From positions 151,540 through 215,539 of the forward strand of contig OY729416.1 of assembly GCA_963422265.1 (NCBI GenBank): DNA of 64,000 nt, read 5' to 3'. The position numbers and the translations under genes were made by a program. Numbering within the stretch: position 1 is the first letter of the stretch; every line of letters starts with the position of its first letter. Shown here one piece after another: positions 22,455-33,264 of the stretch. The notes under the pieces were generated by a model that was not told where the DNA came from, did not search any database, and worked only from the letters and a program-made list of their open reading frames with translations. Origin of the DNA: Thermodesulfobacteriota bacterium (GTDB lineage: Bacteria; Desulfobacterota_D; UBA1144; Nemesobacterales; UBA2774).

Positions 22455-23642
22455 TCAGCTGGTTTTCAGCAATCTCCTTATCCCTCGAACGGCTTGTGTA
22501 ATTCTTTGCTCGTTTTCAACTAAAGCGAGTCTGATAAATCCTTCCCCGTAATTTCCAAAGCCAACGCCGGGTGAAACGGCTACTTTGGCTTTCTCTATTA
22601 ACAATTTTGAGAACTCTAGCGAGCCCATTTTTCTGAAGTTCTCTGGTATTTCTGCCCAAACAAACATAGTTCCTCTCGGTCTTGGAATATGCCAGCCTGC
22701 TTTTCTAAGTCCGTCTATAAGCCTGTTTCTCCTCTGCCTGTAGGTTTCTCTAATATGGTCTATACAGTCTTGTGGTCCATTTAAGGAGGCTATTCCCGCT
22801 ACTTGAATGGGAGTAAATATACCGTAATCCATGTAGCTCTTTATACGCTTGAGCGCAGATACTATCCCCGCGTTTCCTAACATGAAACCCACGCGCCAGC
22901 CAGGCATGCTATAACTTTTTGAGAGCGAGTAAAATTCGACTCCTACTTCTTTAGCCCCTGGAATTTGAAGAAAGCTAGGGGCTTTGTAACCGTCATAGCA
23001 AAGCTCAGCGTATGCGAAATCGTGGACTACGATGAGCCCTGCTTCCCTTGCGAGCTCATAAATATCTTTGAAGAAATCTAAGTCCACTACACCGGTCGTC
23101 GGATTGTTAGGAAATGACAATGTAAGTGCTTTAGGCTTGGGCCAAGTCTCGTTAACAACCTTTTCGATTGATTTGATCAGTTCAGTTCCTTGTCCGAGCG
23201 GGATGCTATGCACGTCGCCTCTGGCTATAATGACCGAATACGTATGAATTGGATAAGCCGGGTTTGGAACAATGACGATGTCTCCTGGGGAAAGGATGGA
23301 CATCATCAGATGAGTTATGCCCTCCTTAGAGCCTATTGTTACGACCGATTCGGTTTCTGGATCAAGTTCCACGTCATAATTTCTTTTGTACCAGTCGCAT
23401 ATAGCGAGTCTTAGTTTTGGAATCCCCGCCGACGCTGAGTATCTATGAGCTCTAGGGTCTTGCGAAGTTTCTATAAGTTTATTCACTATGTGCCCTGGTG
23501 TTTGAAGGTCAGGGTTGCCCATTCCGAGATCTATTATGTCTTTTCCCCTTGACCTAGCTTTATGCTTAAGCTCATTTACTATATTGAATACGTAAGGTGG
23601 AAGCCTTCTAATAAGTGAGAACTCTTCTGGAGAAAAATTCAT
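22455..23642 (-). CDS. Class I/II PLP-dependent aminotransferase (AlaC/AspC-like)
   Basis: GMGNPDLQTP, SFPNNPTG, and the PLP-lysine motif SLSKSYSMPGWRVGF. Confidence 0.88.
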   Translation of the reverse strand: MNFSPEEFSLIRRLPPYVFNIVNELKHKARSRGKDIIDLGMGNPDLQTPGHIVNKLIETSQDPRAHRYSASAGIPKLRLAICDWYKRNYDVELDPETESVVTIGSKEGITHLMMSILSPGDIVIVPNPAYPIHTYSVIIARGDVHSIPLGQGTELIKSIEKVVNETWPKPKALTLSFPNNPTTGVVDLDFFKDIYELAREAGLIVVHDFAYAELCYDGYKAPSFLQIPGAKEVGVEFYSLSKSYSMPGWRVGFMLGNAGIVSALKRIKSYMDYGIFTPIQVAGIASLNGPQDCIDHIRETYRQRRNRLIDGLRKAGWHIPRPRGTMFVWAEIPENFRKMGSLEFSKLLIEKAKVAVSPGVGFGNYGEGFIRLALVENEQRITQAVRGIRRLLKTS

Positions 23643-23837
23643 TTGCGTTCCTAGTGTGTTTAGGGGATATTGTATTCTAACTACTTTATAATCTCAACTA
23701 TGGTTTTTGTTATTAAAAGTGGACTATCTAAAGAAGTTTATGTAGAGAAGTCAATGTTTCCACAGGTTTACCTGTATTGCTCCTGTATTGCTAAGGTCTA
23801 TACGCTTTCCACAATCTTTATGCTAAAGTTCTAAGAG

Positions 23838-24512
23838 ATGGGTATCAGGTTAACTTTATTTGCGCTGGCTCTTCCGATTCTTTTCTCTTGTGGGGTGAGG
23901 AAGCCTGTTTATCCTATGCCCGATACTTATAAAAAACCCCCTGTGGAAGGCTATGTAAAGGGACTTACCCAGATAGGTATAGCCTCTTGGTATGGAATAG
24001 AAGAGCATAATAGAAAGGCGGCGAGCGGCGAGCGTTTTAGCAAACACGCCTATACCGCTGCTCATAAAACTCTTCCTATGGATACCGTAGTGAGGGTCAC
24101 AAACCTAGAGAATGGAAGGGACGTGATTGTAAAGATAAATGATAGGGGACCCTTTATTCCTAGACGTATTATTGATCTATCCTACGCGGCTGCTAAGTCT
24201 ATTGATATGATTCAAGCGGGGACAGTAAAGGTAAAAGTTGAAATTATATCAACCCCGTCTGGCAGGAGCGGTAGCTACTTTGATCCCCAATATACGGTTC
24301 AGGCGGGTTCTTATAGAGATAGTCAAAACGCTCGCGCCATAAAGGAAAAGCTGGATCGCAATTATGAGAAGGTGAGGGTTGAGTCAACGGATATTAAAGG
24401 AGATAAGTATTATCGCGTTAGGGTAGGCTGGTTTTCTAATAAGCGAGACGCGGATAGAGTCGCTTCACAGTTAAGGAGAGGGGGTTATCGCGCGAGGGTA
24501 ATACTGGAATAA
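23838..24512 (+). CDS. rlpA: Septal ring lytic transglycosylase RlpA family lipoprotein (DPBB + SPOR)
   Basis: Lipobox-like LFSC, a DPBB block (GIASWYG...ASGERF...AAHKTLPMDTVVRVTNLENGR), and a C-terminal SPOR block (YTVQAGSYRDSQNA...YRVRVGWF). Confidence 0.88.
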   Translation: MGIRLTLFALALPILFSCGVRKPVYPMPDTYKKPPVEGYVKGLTQIGIASWYGIEEHNRKAASGERFSKHAYTAAHKTLPMDTVVRVTNLENGRDVIVKINDRGPFIPRRIIDLSYAAAKSIDMIQAGTVKVKVEIISTPSGRSGSYFDPQYTVQAGSYRDSQNARAIKEKLDRNYEKVRVESTDIKGDKYYRVRVGWFSNKRDADRVASQLRRGGYRARVILE

Positions 24513-24532
24513 CGCGTGGATGGTTTTTCACT

Positions 24533-25396
24533 GTGGATAGTTTTGTAAAATCGCACGGGCTTGGCAATGACTACCTAGTATTAGATCAAGCGGATATATC
24601 GTTTGATCTGACGCTAGAGGTGATAAAACTGCTATGTCATAGAAATTATGGGATAGGCTCGGATGGAATACTGCTTCTCGTCTCTTCAGACTCAGCCGAT
24701 TTTGGACTTAGGATACTTAATCCTGACGGCAGCGAGGCGGAAAAGAGTGGGAATGGGCTTAGGATTTTCGCTAAATACTTATACGAACACGGTCATACTG
24801 CAGAGGAGACGTTTCAGATAGAAACCCTGGGCGGTATTGTTACTGCGGATTTAGAAATAATGAACGGAGGCGCTCCCTTCATTACCGTCGAGATGGGTGA
24901 AGCCACGTTCGATAGCTTCTCTATACCCGTTCAGGGTAAAGAAAGGGAGGTCGTAAACGAAGAGATATGCGTAAATGGGCAGATATTGAAATTCACTGCA
25001 GTTTCTGTTGGCAATCCACATTGCGTCATTTTTGTAGATAATCTTGATGAGAATTATATGAAGAAGGTTGGACCCCTAATTGAAAACCATCAGGCGTTTC
25101 CAAACCGGATAAACGTTCAATTTGCAAAACTGCTCTCAAGGAATAGGGTTGAGATACTGATATGGGAGCGAGGCGCCGGGTACACCCTGGCGTCAGGTAG
25201 CAGCTCCTGCGCCGTAGCCTCCGCTTGCGTTAAGAACGGTTTTACTGATAATAGCGTGAGCGTTTCGATGCCGGGCGGAGGGCTTGATATTGAGATAAGG
25301 AAAGACTGGTCTATAAAGATGCGCGGTCCCGCGGAAGAGATCGCTCACGGCGTGCTGAGCCAGAATATACTTGATAAGATAAGGGCTTTGCCCTAA
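24533..25396 (+). CDS. dapF: Diaminopimelate epimerase
   Basis: GTG start. GLGNDYLVLD, the first catalytic Cys in GNPHCVIF, and the second in ASGSSSCA. Confidence 0.88.
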   Translation: MDSFVKSHGLGNDYLVLDQADISFDLTLEVIKLLCHRNYGIGSDGILLLVSSDSADFGLRILNPDGSEAEKSGNGLRIFAKYLYEHGHTAEETFQIETLGGIVTADLEIMNGGAPFITVEMGEATFDSFSIPVQGKEREVVNEEICVNGQILKFTAVSVGNPHCVIFVDNLDENYMKKVGPLIENHQAFPNRINVQFAKLLSRNRVEILIWERGAGYTLASGSSSCAVASACVKNGFTDNSVSVSMPGGGLDIEIRKDWSIKMRGPAEEIAHGVLSQNILDKIRALP

Positions 25397-25428
25397 TTAT
25401 TTTTATATGCTTTTCAAACAGCGTATCC

Positions 25429-26709
25429 ATGAAAAAGATATTATTGGTAGCTGATACGATACTTCCTATTTCATCGCCTCCCCTAAAGAATTCAGCAGTT
25501 CTCGTAGTCAACGGAAAGATAAGGGGTATTGGGGTGACTACGAAAATGAAGAAGGAAAATAAAGGCGTTCAGTTATTGGAGCTTGGGCGCGGAATACTTA
25601 TGCCGGGTTTTATAAATGCCCATACTCACCTTGAACTAGGGTGGGTTCAGAGGAAGATTAAGAGCTTTAGTGGATTTACGTCTTGGCTACGCCAAATAAT
25701 AAGCGCAAAAAGAGGAGGCATTTCAAATGAGGAGATACAAGATTCGGTAAGAGATGGAATTAGAGCGCTTATTAGAAGTGGAGTTACTACGGTTGGAGAG
25801 GTTTCATCCTACGGCGGTATAGACGCCCCTATATTAAAAGAATACGGTATTAGAACAGTTCTTTTCAAAGAGGTTCTTGATAGTAGGCAAGCCGCTGCCG
25901 ATTTTGATAATTTTGAGAGAACGGAGATTTTTGAAGAGAGGCTCTTTCCTCATGCTCCCTATTCATGCACGCCCGAGCTTTTAGAGAAGAGCTTAATCTC
26001 TCATAAGAAAAGCCTGACGCCCCTTGGGATTCATCTGGCTGAGAGCCCAGATGAGATTGAATTCGTAAGGAGAAAATCGAACGGTTTTGAGAGAGAAATT
26101 TTTCCACTAATAGACAAAAAATCTGTTATGCGCGTTGAGGCTGATACGCCTTTTTTGTATTTGAAGGGACTAGGATTTTTTGATTCGACTAAGATCACCA
26201 CTGTTCACATGGTTCACGTGAATTCTGATGAAGTTAAGGAAATAAAAGAAAATGACGTGGGGGTTGTTCTATGTCCCAGGAGTAACATGTTTCTTCAAGT
26301 GGGAATTCCTCCTGTAGGTGAGTACTCAGAACTGCAAAGGGTAGGTTTGGGGACGGATAGTTTGTCAAGCAATTACAACCTAGACTTTTTTGAAGAAGTG
26401 AGAGCTCTTCATATGCTTACATCTAACGCCATAGGACGCGAATCTGCTTTCAAGACGGTTTATACCGCAACTTTGGGTGGTGCCAAGGCTTTGTTTCTTG
26501 AGAATAAAATCGGCAGTATTGAGGAAGGGAAGGATGCTGATCTCATTTTTCTTAATTCCCAAACTGGCTCAGGCATTGATCCCTATCTCTCGGTAATCTG
26601 CTCAACCTGTGATAATCTTGAGTTTCTTATGGTTAGGGGAAAAACTATATTCGAGAATAAATCCGCGAAGGTATTAAGCGGAGGGTATGCGGAGATGCGT
26701 CTGAGTTAA
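25429..26709 (+). CDS. Amidohydrolase family protein (chlorohydrolase / aminofutalosine- or MTA-deaminase-like)
   Basis: Metal-binding HxH in FINAHTHLELG, later HLAES and GTDS blocks, 426 aa. The specific substrate is inferred only from proximity to the mqn genes. Confidence 0.75.
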   Translation: MKKILLVADTILPISSPPLKNSAVLVVNGKIRGIGVTTKMKKENKGVQLLELGRGILMPGFINAHTHLELGWVQRKIKSFSGFTSWLRQIISAKRGGISNEEIQDSVRDGIRALIRSGVTTVGEVSSYGGIDAPILKEYGIRTVLFKEVLDSRQAAADFDNFERTEIFEERLFPHAPYSCTPELLEKSLISHKKSLTPLGIHLAESPDEIEFVRRKSNGFEREIFPLIDKKSVMRVEADTPFLYLKGLGFFDSTKITTVHMVHVNSDEVKEIKENDVGVVLCPRSNMFLQVGIPPVGEYSELQRVGLGTDSLSSNYNLDFFEEVRALHMLTSNAIGRESAFKTVYTATLGGAKALFLENKIGSIEEGKDADLIFLNSQTGSGIDPYLSVICSTCDNLEFLMVRGKTIFENKSAKVLSGGYAEMRLS

Positions 26710-26742
26710 TCTGCGTCCAAACATGGAAAACAAGAATCCAAA

Positions 26743-27441
26743 ATGAAAGTCGTAATGGTCCCGGTAAAGGATTTATCCAAAGCCAAAGAGAGGCTTTCTT
26801 CTCTCTTGTCGCAGGAGCAAAGAACTAAGCTTGCTTATGCAATGCTAGAGGACGTGCTTAACGCACTTAAGGGATCAAAGCAGGCTGACCGCCTATTTGT
26901 CGTAACAATGGACGGGCGAGCCATAAATATGGCGGAAGATATGGGCATAGAGACAATACTGGAAACTGAGCAGAAGGGAGAAAGCGAGTCGGTGGATTAC
27001 GCCTCTAGCTTGTGTAACGATATGGGTGCTGAGTCGGTTTTGGTGGTGCCGGGAGACGCTCCACTTATCACTTCTGAGGATATAGACTCAATTTTTGAGA
27101 AGGAGGAGGATTCTCCGTCGGTAATCTTAATACCGGCGAGAGACGAGATGGGCACGAACGCCATATTGCGGAAACCGCCCGATGCAATCCCGTCGCGTTT
27201 TGGAAGTGATAGCTTCAGAAAACATAAGAGAGAGGCAGAGAGAAAAAATATACCGTGCAAAACATATGAAAATGCCAGAATAGCGCTTGATATTGACAAC
27301 CCCGAAGATCTAAAAGAGTTTATATCTCGCGAAAGCGATACAAGGGCTTATAAAGAGTTTTGCGGAATGGCTAGGTTATTCGCTATACATCCGGACGTGC
27401 AGTCTTGCCTGAGCGCATTAAGTGAGCAGAATGATTCGTAG
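26743..27441 (+). CDS. cofC: 2-phospho-L-lactate/phosphoenolpyruvate guanylyltransferase-like protein (CofC/FbiD family)
   Basis: The N-terminus VPVKDLSKAKERLSSLLSQEQRTKLAYAMLEDVLNAL and the later VVPGDAPL match the CofC pattern as I remember it (PVK..AKsRL...L....R..L..aml.Dvl). Confidence 0.6.
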   Translation: MKVVMVPVKDLSKAKERLSSLLSQEQRTKLAYAMLEDVLNALKGSKQADRLFVVTMDGRAINMAEDMGIETILETEQKGESESVDYASSLCNDMGAESVLVVPGDAPLITSEDIDSIFEKEEDSPSVILIPARDEMGTNAILRKPPDAIPSRFGSDSFRKHKREAERKNIPCKTYENARIALDIDNPEDLKEFISRESDTRAYKEFCGMARLFAIHPDVQSCLSALSEQNDS

Positions 27442-27512
27442 ATGAAGCTCTTGTCATTTCTCTTTACGCTTTTTCAGCTTATAAGCATTCGTCTAATTTC
27501 TTATAAACGAAA

Positions 27513-28946
27513 TCAATAATTCAGGTTGGTGACCATAAGTTTTAATTCGGTCATTTCCTCAATAGCGTGTTTTATACCTTCTTTTCCAATTCCTGAGTCT
27601 TTTACTCCGCCGTAGGGCATATTCTCAACCCTGAAGCTCGGATAATCGTTCACTACTACCCCGCCTACTTCTAGGGTTTCATAAGCCTTAAAAGCCTTCT
27701 TGAAGTCTTTTGTGAATACGCCTGCCTGAAGCCCATAGCGAGAGTTGTTGACATAATTTAGCGCGTCGTCAAAATTTTTATATTTCTCTACGTGCACAAC
27801 GGGTCCAAAAATTTCGTTGCAGCTAAGGTTGGCGTTCGGGCAAACATCCGTTAATACGGTGGGATCAATTAACCTGCCATCCCTTTCGCCGCCTGCTAGC
27901 AACGTTGCTCCATCGTTTAGGGCTTGTTCAATCCAATTGGTTATCCTGTTTGCCGATTCGTCGTCTATTACGGGGCCGACGTCCGTGTCTTCAAACATAG
28001 GGTCGCCTAGCTTGAGCTTCTTAGTCTCACCTATGAATCTATCTATAAACTTATCGAAGATTCTTTCCTGAACGTAAATTCTCTGCACCGATATGCAGCT
28101 CTGGCCAGCTTGATAAAAGGCTCCCCAAGCGTTTCTACTTGCAGCGAAGTCTAGGTCAGGCGGGTCATCTATAATGCTCGCGGCGTTGCCACCAAGTTCA
28201 AGCGTAACCCTTTTCTTTGGATACTTGGCTTTAAGCGTCCAGCCGATCTCATCACTTCCAGTAAAGGAAACCTTCCTTATTCTGTAATCATCCATTATGG
28301 GTTCTATCTGGGCTCCCGGAAGGGTCAGTATATTGAGCAGTCCCTCTGGCAAGCCTGCTTCAATTGCTATCTCTCCCAGCATTAAGGCGGAGATCGGGGT
28401 TTGAGACGCAGGTTTAAGGATCATTGCATTTCCTGATGCAATGGAAGGTGCTACTTTATGAGCTACTAGATTAAGGGGAAAATTAAAAGGGGATATACCA
28501 ACTACTACGCCGAGTGGGAATCTTCTTGTAATACCGAACATGCCCTCGTTACCAGGGACAATGTCAATGGGAATAAGCTCCCCCTCGCAGAAGCGGTTAG
28601 CTTCTTCGGCTGCCATGGAGAAAGTAGTCATAGCCCTTTCAACTTCAACCCTGGCGGTTTTTATAGGCTTTCCCGCCTCCATAACCAAGACTTTCTCAAA
28701 TTCTTCTTTCTTATCCGCTATGCCATCTACGATACGTTTAAGTATTTTATTTTTTGCGTAAGAGGGGCTTTTTTTGAATTTATCAAACGCCCTCTCGGCG
28801 TGACTTATTGAGTCCTTAGCCTTCTCCAAATCAGGAATGCTTACTACGCCCGCCGCCTCGCCGTTGTAAGGGCTTCTTATCTCTCTTTTTTTATCGCCTT
28901 CTATCCACTCACCGTTAATTAAATAACCATACTCTTTATGAGACAT
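27513..28946 (-). CDS. NAD(P)+-dependent aldehyde dehydrogenase family protein
   Basis: 477 aa. The catalytic Glu block is LELGGNA, the Cys block is GQSCISVQR, and there is a FTGS cofactor motif. Confidence 0.9.
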   Translation of the reverse strand: MSHKEYGYLINGEWIEGDKKREIRSPYNGEAAGVVSIPDLEKAKDSISHAERAFDKFKKSPSYAKNKILKRIVDGIADKKEEFEKVLVMEAGKPIKTARVEVERAMTTFSMAAEEANRFCEGELIPIDIVPGNEGMFGITRRFPLGVVVGISPFNFPLNLVAHKVAPSIASGNAMILKPASQTPISALMLGEIAIEAGLPEGLLNILTLPGAQIEPIMDDYRIRKVSFTGSDEIGWTLKAKYPKKRVTLELGGNAASIIDDPPDLDFAASRNAWGAFYQAGQSCISVQRIYVQERIFDKFIDRFIGETKKLKLGDPMFEDTDVGPVIDDESANRITNWIEQALNDGATLLAGGERDGRLIDPTVLTDVCPNANLSCNEIFGPVVHVEKYKNFDDALNYVNNSRYGLQAGVFTKDFKKAFKAYETLEVGGVVVNDYPSFRVENMPYGGVKDSGIGKEGIKHAIEEMTELKLMVTNLNY

Positions 28947-28966
28947 CCCTATTTCCCTTGCGCCGG

Positions 28967-29800
28967 CTAAGCGTTTAGCACGTCAAGCTTAGCCTTTTCT
29001 TTGATTATTTCTTTCTCATACGCCCTCTGAAATAGATATTCCAGAGCACCTTTACCTTTTTCCCCCAAATCTCTGGTGTATTCGTTTACGTACATCAGCA
29101 CAAATTGCTCTCCTACTTCTTCCTGCATTCCCCTTCCGTAAAACATAGCATATTCGAGGGCTTCTTTTACGTGAGAAAGGGCGTATTCTATGCTTTCTTT
29201 ATGCACCCGTAGGATTTGTTTCTGCAAATCCTTGTCAATGTCTCTCCTTACTACGTTTAATCCCAAAGGAATGGGTAGAGACGTTTCTTTTGCCCAGAGC
29301 TTCCCTAAATCGCAAATCAAATTCAACCCAAAATCCTTATACGTGAGTTGTCCTTCATGTATAAGCAGCCCAGTTTCGATTTCTCCCTTGCTTACGGCAG
29401 GCATTACCTCGTCAAAGGGCATTTCAACGGGAATAAATCCCTCTGCGTAAATGCTCAACAAGAGGAAAGCGGAGGTGAGCTTGCCCGGAACGCCTATTTC
29501 TCTACCTTCTAGATTGTCGATGGGAGTTTTAGATACGACTATGGGTCCATATCCCTCTCCCATACTCGCCCCACAGGCTAGAATTCTGTAGCTATCTTGC
29601 ACTTTTAGGTATCCATGGGCAGATATCGCCGTCACTTCAAGCTCTTTGTTTAAGGCACGTTGGTTAAGGGATTGTATATCTTCTATAACGTGAATAAAGT
29701 TTATTTTATCGCATCGCACTTTCTCTTTCGCAATTGCATAAAACATAAAGGCGTCATCTGCGTCGGGGCTATGCCCGAGTCGCATAGTGATTTTGCTCAA
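28967..29800 (-). CDS. mqnD: MqnA/MqnD family menaquinone (futalosine pathway) protein, MqnD-like
   Basis: The N-terminus MRLGHSPDADDAFMFYA resembles the MqnD pattern (lGfSPCPNDtFiFyAl), and the size is 277 aa. It is adjacent to mqnA. Confidence 0.65.
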   Translation of the reverse strand: MSKITMRLGHSPDADDAFMFYAIAKEKVRCDKINFIHVIEDIQSLNQRALNKELEVTAISAHGYLKVQDSYRILACGASMGEGYGPIVVSKTPIDNLEGREIGVPGKLTSAFLLLSIYAEGFIPVEMPFDEVMPAVSKGEIETGLLIHEGQLTYKDFGLNLICDLGKLWAKETSLPIPLGLNVVRRDIDKDLQKQILRVHKESIEYALSHVKEALEYAMFYGRGMQEEVGEQFVLMYVNEYTRDLGEKGKGALEYLFQRAYEKEIIKEKAKLDVLNA

Positions 29801-29818
29801 AGTTTATATCTCCTTTAT

Positions 29819-30616
29819 TTATGGATAGGTTTTCACTTGGTCTATGCTCTCGCAAGTCCCTAGTTGCTCAAGATACTTACTATACGTAATCATACCTTGC
29901 TTTTCCTTTTCCCCAAGATCGTATCTTATTCTATCGTTTAAGTAATTAAAACAAGTCTCTTCGTCCATACCGATTTTCACTGACTCGAGCTTCGCAATCT
30001 CTCTTATCCTATCAATTCCATACTCTTTGGCTTCTTGGAGTGCCTTTAGATTTTTTCCCAGCTCCACTCCTTCATTTACGGCGAATGCCGCATATACGAA
30101 TGGGAGTCCTGTGTTGCTTGTCCATGCTTGTCCAAGGTCTATTACTTTGTATCCACATGGACTATCGTATCTTTTCTTAAGCCCTTCGTTCCCAATTATC
30201 ATCCCGCCGTCAACGCCGTCTAAAAACCCTTTAGTAACGTCTCTTGCAAGATATTTTGGGGAAGAAAGCTCATAGAATAACTCAAGCACTATTCTAAGCA
30301 GAGCTGTTGAACTTTGAGACCTTCTATCCACCGCCACGGTTTTTATATCTCTCATATCCTTATTCAAAAGAAGGATAACGCTGTCAACCTCTCCATAAGA
30401 AGAGATGGATATGTTTGGCACTAAGGAGTAATTCTTCCTTTGTAGCAGTTCTGCTACTGGAATAAGACCGAGGTCAATCTCTTTTCTAAGAGCCATTTCC
30501 GACAGTAAAGACGGAGGCGTAGCTACAATTTCAAAATCGTTTTCTATCAGATTGTTCTCGAGCGCAAATGTAAGCGGCTTTGCATTTAAGAAGGATACCG
30601 AGCCTAGCTTTATCAA
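29819..30616 (-). CDS. mqnA: Chorismate dehydratase (futalosine pathway)
   Basis: MIKLGSVSFLNAKPLTFALE matches the MqnA N-terminal pattern (i..ylN..Pl). 265 aa. Confidence 0.7.
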   Translation of the reverse strand: MIKLGSVSFLNAKPLTFALENNLIENDFEIVATPPSLLSEMALRKEIDLGLIPVAELLQRKNYSLVPNISISSYGEVDSVILLLNKDMRDIKTVAVDRRSQSSTALLRIVLELFYELSSPKYLARDVTKGFLDGVDGGMIIGNEGLKKRYDSPCGYKVIDLGQAWTSNTGLPFVYAAFAVNEGVELGKNLKALQEAKEYGIDRIREIAKLESVKIGMDEETCFNYLNDRIRYDLGEKEKQGMITYSKYLEQLGTCESIDQVKTYP

Positions 30617-30722
30617 AGTATCTCCTGATTCAGCGCTTTATTGGGTGACAATTAGACGTAGCGCCTTAATGCTTCGTGAAAGTATTGCAATTAAAGCCAT
30701 AAGTTGCCAGAGTCTTATATTC

Positions 30723-31763
30723 TTAAAACGTGCTTATGTCTCCCTCACATCTTTTTGGACGGAATATGGCGTCATGGGTTGCAAGCGCGTAGGAGTCTGT
30801 CATAGAGGCTATAAAGTCACAGGCCGAGCGCTCTACAGACTCTCCTTCTAAGGACTCTCTATCGTATAGCTTCCATAACTCGTTCTGATTCTTGCAAAAA
30901 TACTCGTATAGTTCCCTTATTACCTTCTTTGCTTTATCAAAATTCTTCTTTATCTTTTCATTCATATAAACTGTGCAAAAGAGGTAACGCCTTAATTCTA
31001 GCATAGCTTCCTCTATCTCCGCGCTAACTACTATCTTCTTTTCCTCGAGTTTTTTCGTCTCAAATATTATGTCCGTAACCATCCTGCCAATTCTTTGTGA
31101 GTTAGTAATGCCTAGTCTCTCGGTGCAGTTCTTAGGCACGTCCCCTGTAGTGATGATTCCCGCTCTTATAGCGTCATCTAGGTCATGGTTAGCATAGGCT
31201 ACCAAATCTGCAATTCTGACGACTTGCCCTTCCATGGTTTCGGGTCGGTATTTAGGGTTATCGATGCTTCCCATTCCCTTGGAGTGCTTGGCTATACCGT
31301 CTCTTACTTCGTGCGTAAGGTTCAGTCCTTTTTCTAACGTCTCAACTACTCTAAGGCTTTGTTCCACGTGCTTAAACCCTCCTGGAACTATGTCATTAAG
31401 CGTGGCTTCTCCGGCGTGTCCAAAGGGCGTATGTCCAAGGTCGTGCCCTAGTGCTATAGCTTCCGTAAGGTCTTCGTTTAATCTTAGGGCTTTGGAAATC
31501 GTTCTCGCTATTTGCGCAACTTCAATTACGTGCGTGAGTCTGGTTCTGTAGTGATCATTAGTGGGTGAAAGAAACACTTGGGTTTTATGCTTCATTCTTC
31601 TAAAGGCTTTAGAGTGTATGATTCTGTCCCTATCTCTCTGAAAATCTGTGCGGATGTTACAAGGCTCTTCGGGCTTTAATCTACCTTTGCTCTCAGCGCT
31701 CAAAGCCGCAAAAGCCGAGAGGGTATTTCTTTCAACTTCTTCAAGTTGCTTCCTTATGTTCAA
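30723..31763 (-). CDS. dGTP triphosphohydrolase-like HD-domain protein
   Basis: [24 protein letters not shown] and the HD motif region [10 protein letters not shown]...[11 protein letters not shown]. Confidence 0.88.
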   Translation of the reverse strand: MNIRKQLEEVERNTLSAFAALSAESKGRLKPEEPCNIRTDFQRDRDRIIHSKAFRRMKHKTQVFLSPTNDHYRTRLTHVIEVAQIARTISKALRLNEDLTEAIALGHDLGHTPFGHAGEATLNDIVPGGFKHVEQSLRVVETLEKGLNLTHEVRDGIAKHSKGMGSIDNPKYRPETMEGQVVRIADLVAYANHDLDDAIRAGIITTGDVPKNCTERLGITNSQRIGRMVTDIIFETKKLEEKKIVVSAEIEEAMLELRRYLFCTVYMNEKIKKNFDKAKKVIRELYEYFCKNQNELWKLYDRESLEGESVERSACDFIASMTDSYALATHDAIFRPKRCEGDISTF

Positions 31764-31782
31764 TTTATTGCTCCCTTATATG

Positions 31783-32541
31783 CTATAACCTTATTGTTAC
31801 TCCGTTTTCCGCTAAGACCTTTTTTGCCTGCATTATCGTATATTCCCCGTAGTGAAAAATGGAAGCGGCTAGCACTGCGTCAGCCTCTCCTTCCTTAACC
31901 CCTTCGCAGAGGTGCTGGAGGTTTCCCACTCCCCCCGAGGCGATAACTGGTATGGAGACTGAGCGTGAGACGCTTTTTGTAAGTTCAAGGTCGTATCCTA
32001 ATTTAGTCCCGTCCCTGTCCATGCTGGTAAGCAGTATTTCCCCAGCGCCGTTTTTCTCCATCCTCTGCGCCCATTCTACGGCGTCAATGCCAGTTAGGTT
32101 CCTGCCCCCGTGTGTATATACCTCCCATTTGTCATTAGAGGAGCATCTTGCGTCAATTGCGACTACTATGCACTGGCTACCGAATTTGTCTCCTGCCTCT
32201 TTGATAAATTCAGGTTCTTTAACCGCAGCCGTGTTGATAGATACCTTATCCGCTCCTGCTAAGAGAAGCTTCCTAACGTCGTTTATACTTCTGATCCCTC
32301 CGCCTACGGTAAGGGGAACAAACACCTCGCTAGCAGTCTTTTCCACGACCCCGATCATTGTTTTCCTCTCTTCGTGAGAAGCTGTAATGTCAAGAAAGCA
32401 GACTTCATCAGCCCCCTGCTGGCTATATTGTTTGGCGATCTCGACCGGATCCCCGGCGTCTCTAAGGTTCACGAAGTTGACCCCCTTAACTACCCTCCCG
32501 TCTTTAACGTCTAGGCATGGAATTATTCTTTTTGATAGCAT
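31783..32541 (-). CDS. hisF: Imidazole glycerol phosphate synthase cyclase subunit
   Basis: [23 protein letters not shown]... and the [12 protein letters not shown] and ASGGVG blocks. Confidence 0.96.
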   Translation of the reverse strand: MLSKRIIPCLDVKDGRVVKGVNFVNLRDAGDPVEIAKQYSQQGADEVCFLDITASHEERKTMIGVVEKTASEVFVPLTVGGGIRSINDVRKLLLAGADKVSINTAAVKEPEFIKEAGDKFGSQCIVVAIDARCSSNDKWEVYTHGGRNLTGIDAVEWAQRMEKNGAGEILLTSMDRDGTKLGYDLELTKSVSRSVSIPVIASGGVGNLQHLCEGVKEGEADAVLAASIFHYGEYTIMQAKKVLAENGVTIRL

Positions 32542-33264
32542 TTATCCATACCATTTTACCGCTTTTTTGAGGTCAATTGATCCAGTGTATATCGATTTGC
32601 CTAGAATCACCCCGTATAGGCTGAGGGTTTCAATGGTCGATAGTTTATCAAGGTCGTCCATCGTAGCTATACCGCCAGATGCTATTACTGGAATTGGGGA
32701 TAGTCTTATAAAATTTTTTACTGATTCAAGATTTACCCCTTCCATTGTACCGTCTCTATCTACGTTAGTATGTAGGATGACTGAAACCCCGGCGTTTTTT
32801 AGGTCTTTGAGCACTTCAGACTTATCTACGTCTAATGTTTCTCTCCATCCCTTTACCGCTATTTTTCCGTTCTTAGTATCTATGCCTACAGCGACCTTGC
32901 TGGGAAATTCGTCACAAGCCCGCTTTAGAAAATCTTGATCGCTGAATGCGGCGGTGCCTATAATAACTCTTCCCACTCCCTTATTTATATACGTTCTTAC
33001 GGTTTCAACGTTTCTTATTCCTCCCCCGACCTGAACCGAGCAAGAAACGGAGTTTATAATTTCTGTTACTAAGTCTAAGTTCTTAGGTTCTCCTGTGAAT
33101 GCGCCATCAAGGTCAACTACGTGTATCCAACTAGCACCGCAAGATTCCCATTTTTTGGCAGTTTCTATCAGGTCTTCTGAAAATACGATTTCGGTTCCCT
33201 CTTCGCCTCTTAACAACCTTACGCATTTCCCATTTTTTATATCTATTGCCGGGATTATTAGCAT
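32542..33264 (-). CDS. hisA: ProFAR isomerase (1-(5-phosphoribosyl)-5-[(5-phosphoribosylamino)methylideneamino]imidazole-4-carboxamide isomerase)
   Basis: [17 protein letters not shown]..., VQVGGGIR, and ASGGIA. It abuts hisF with no gap. Confidence 0.95.
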   Translation of the reverse strand: MLIIPAIDIKNGKCVRLLRGEEGTEIVFSEDLIETAKKWESCGASWIHVVDLDGAFTGEPKNLDLVTEIINSVSCSVQVGGGIRNVETVRTYINKGVGRVIIGTAAFSDQDFLKRACDEFPSKVAVGIDTKNGKIAVKGWRETLDVDKSEVLKDLKNAGVSVILHTNVDRDGTMEGVNLESVKNFIRLSPIPVIASGGIATMDDLDKLSTIETLSLYGVILGKSIYTGSIDLKKAVKWYG

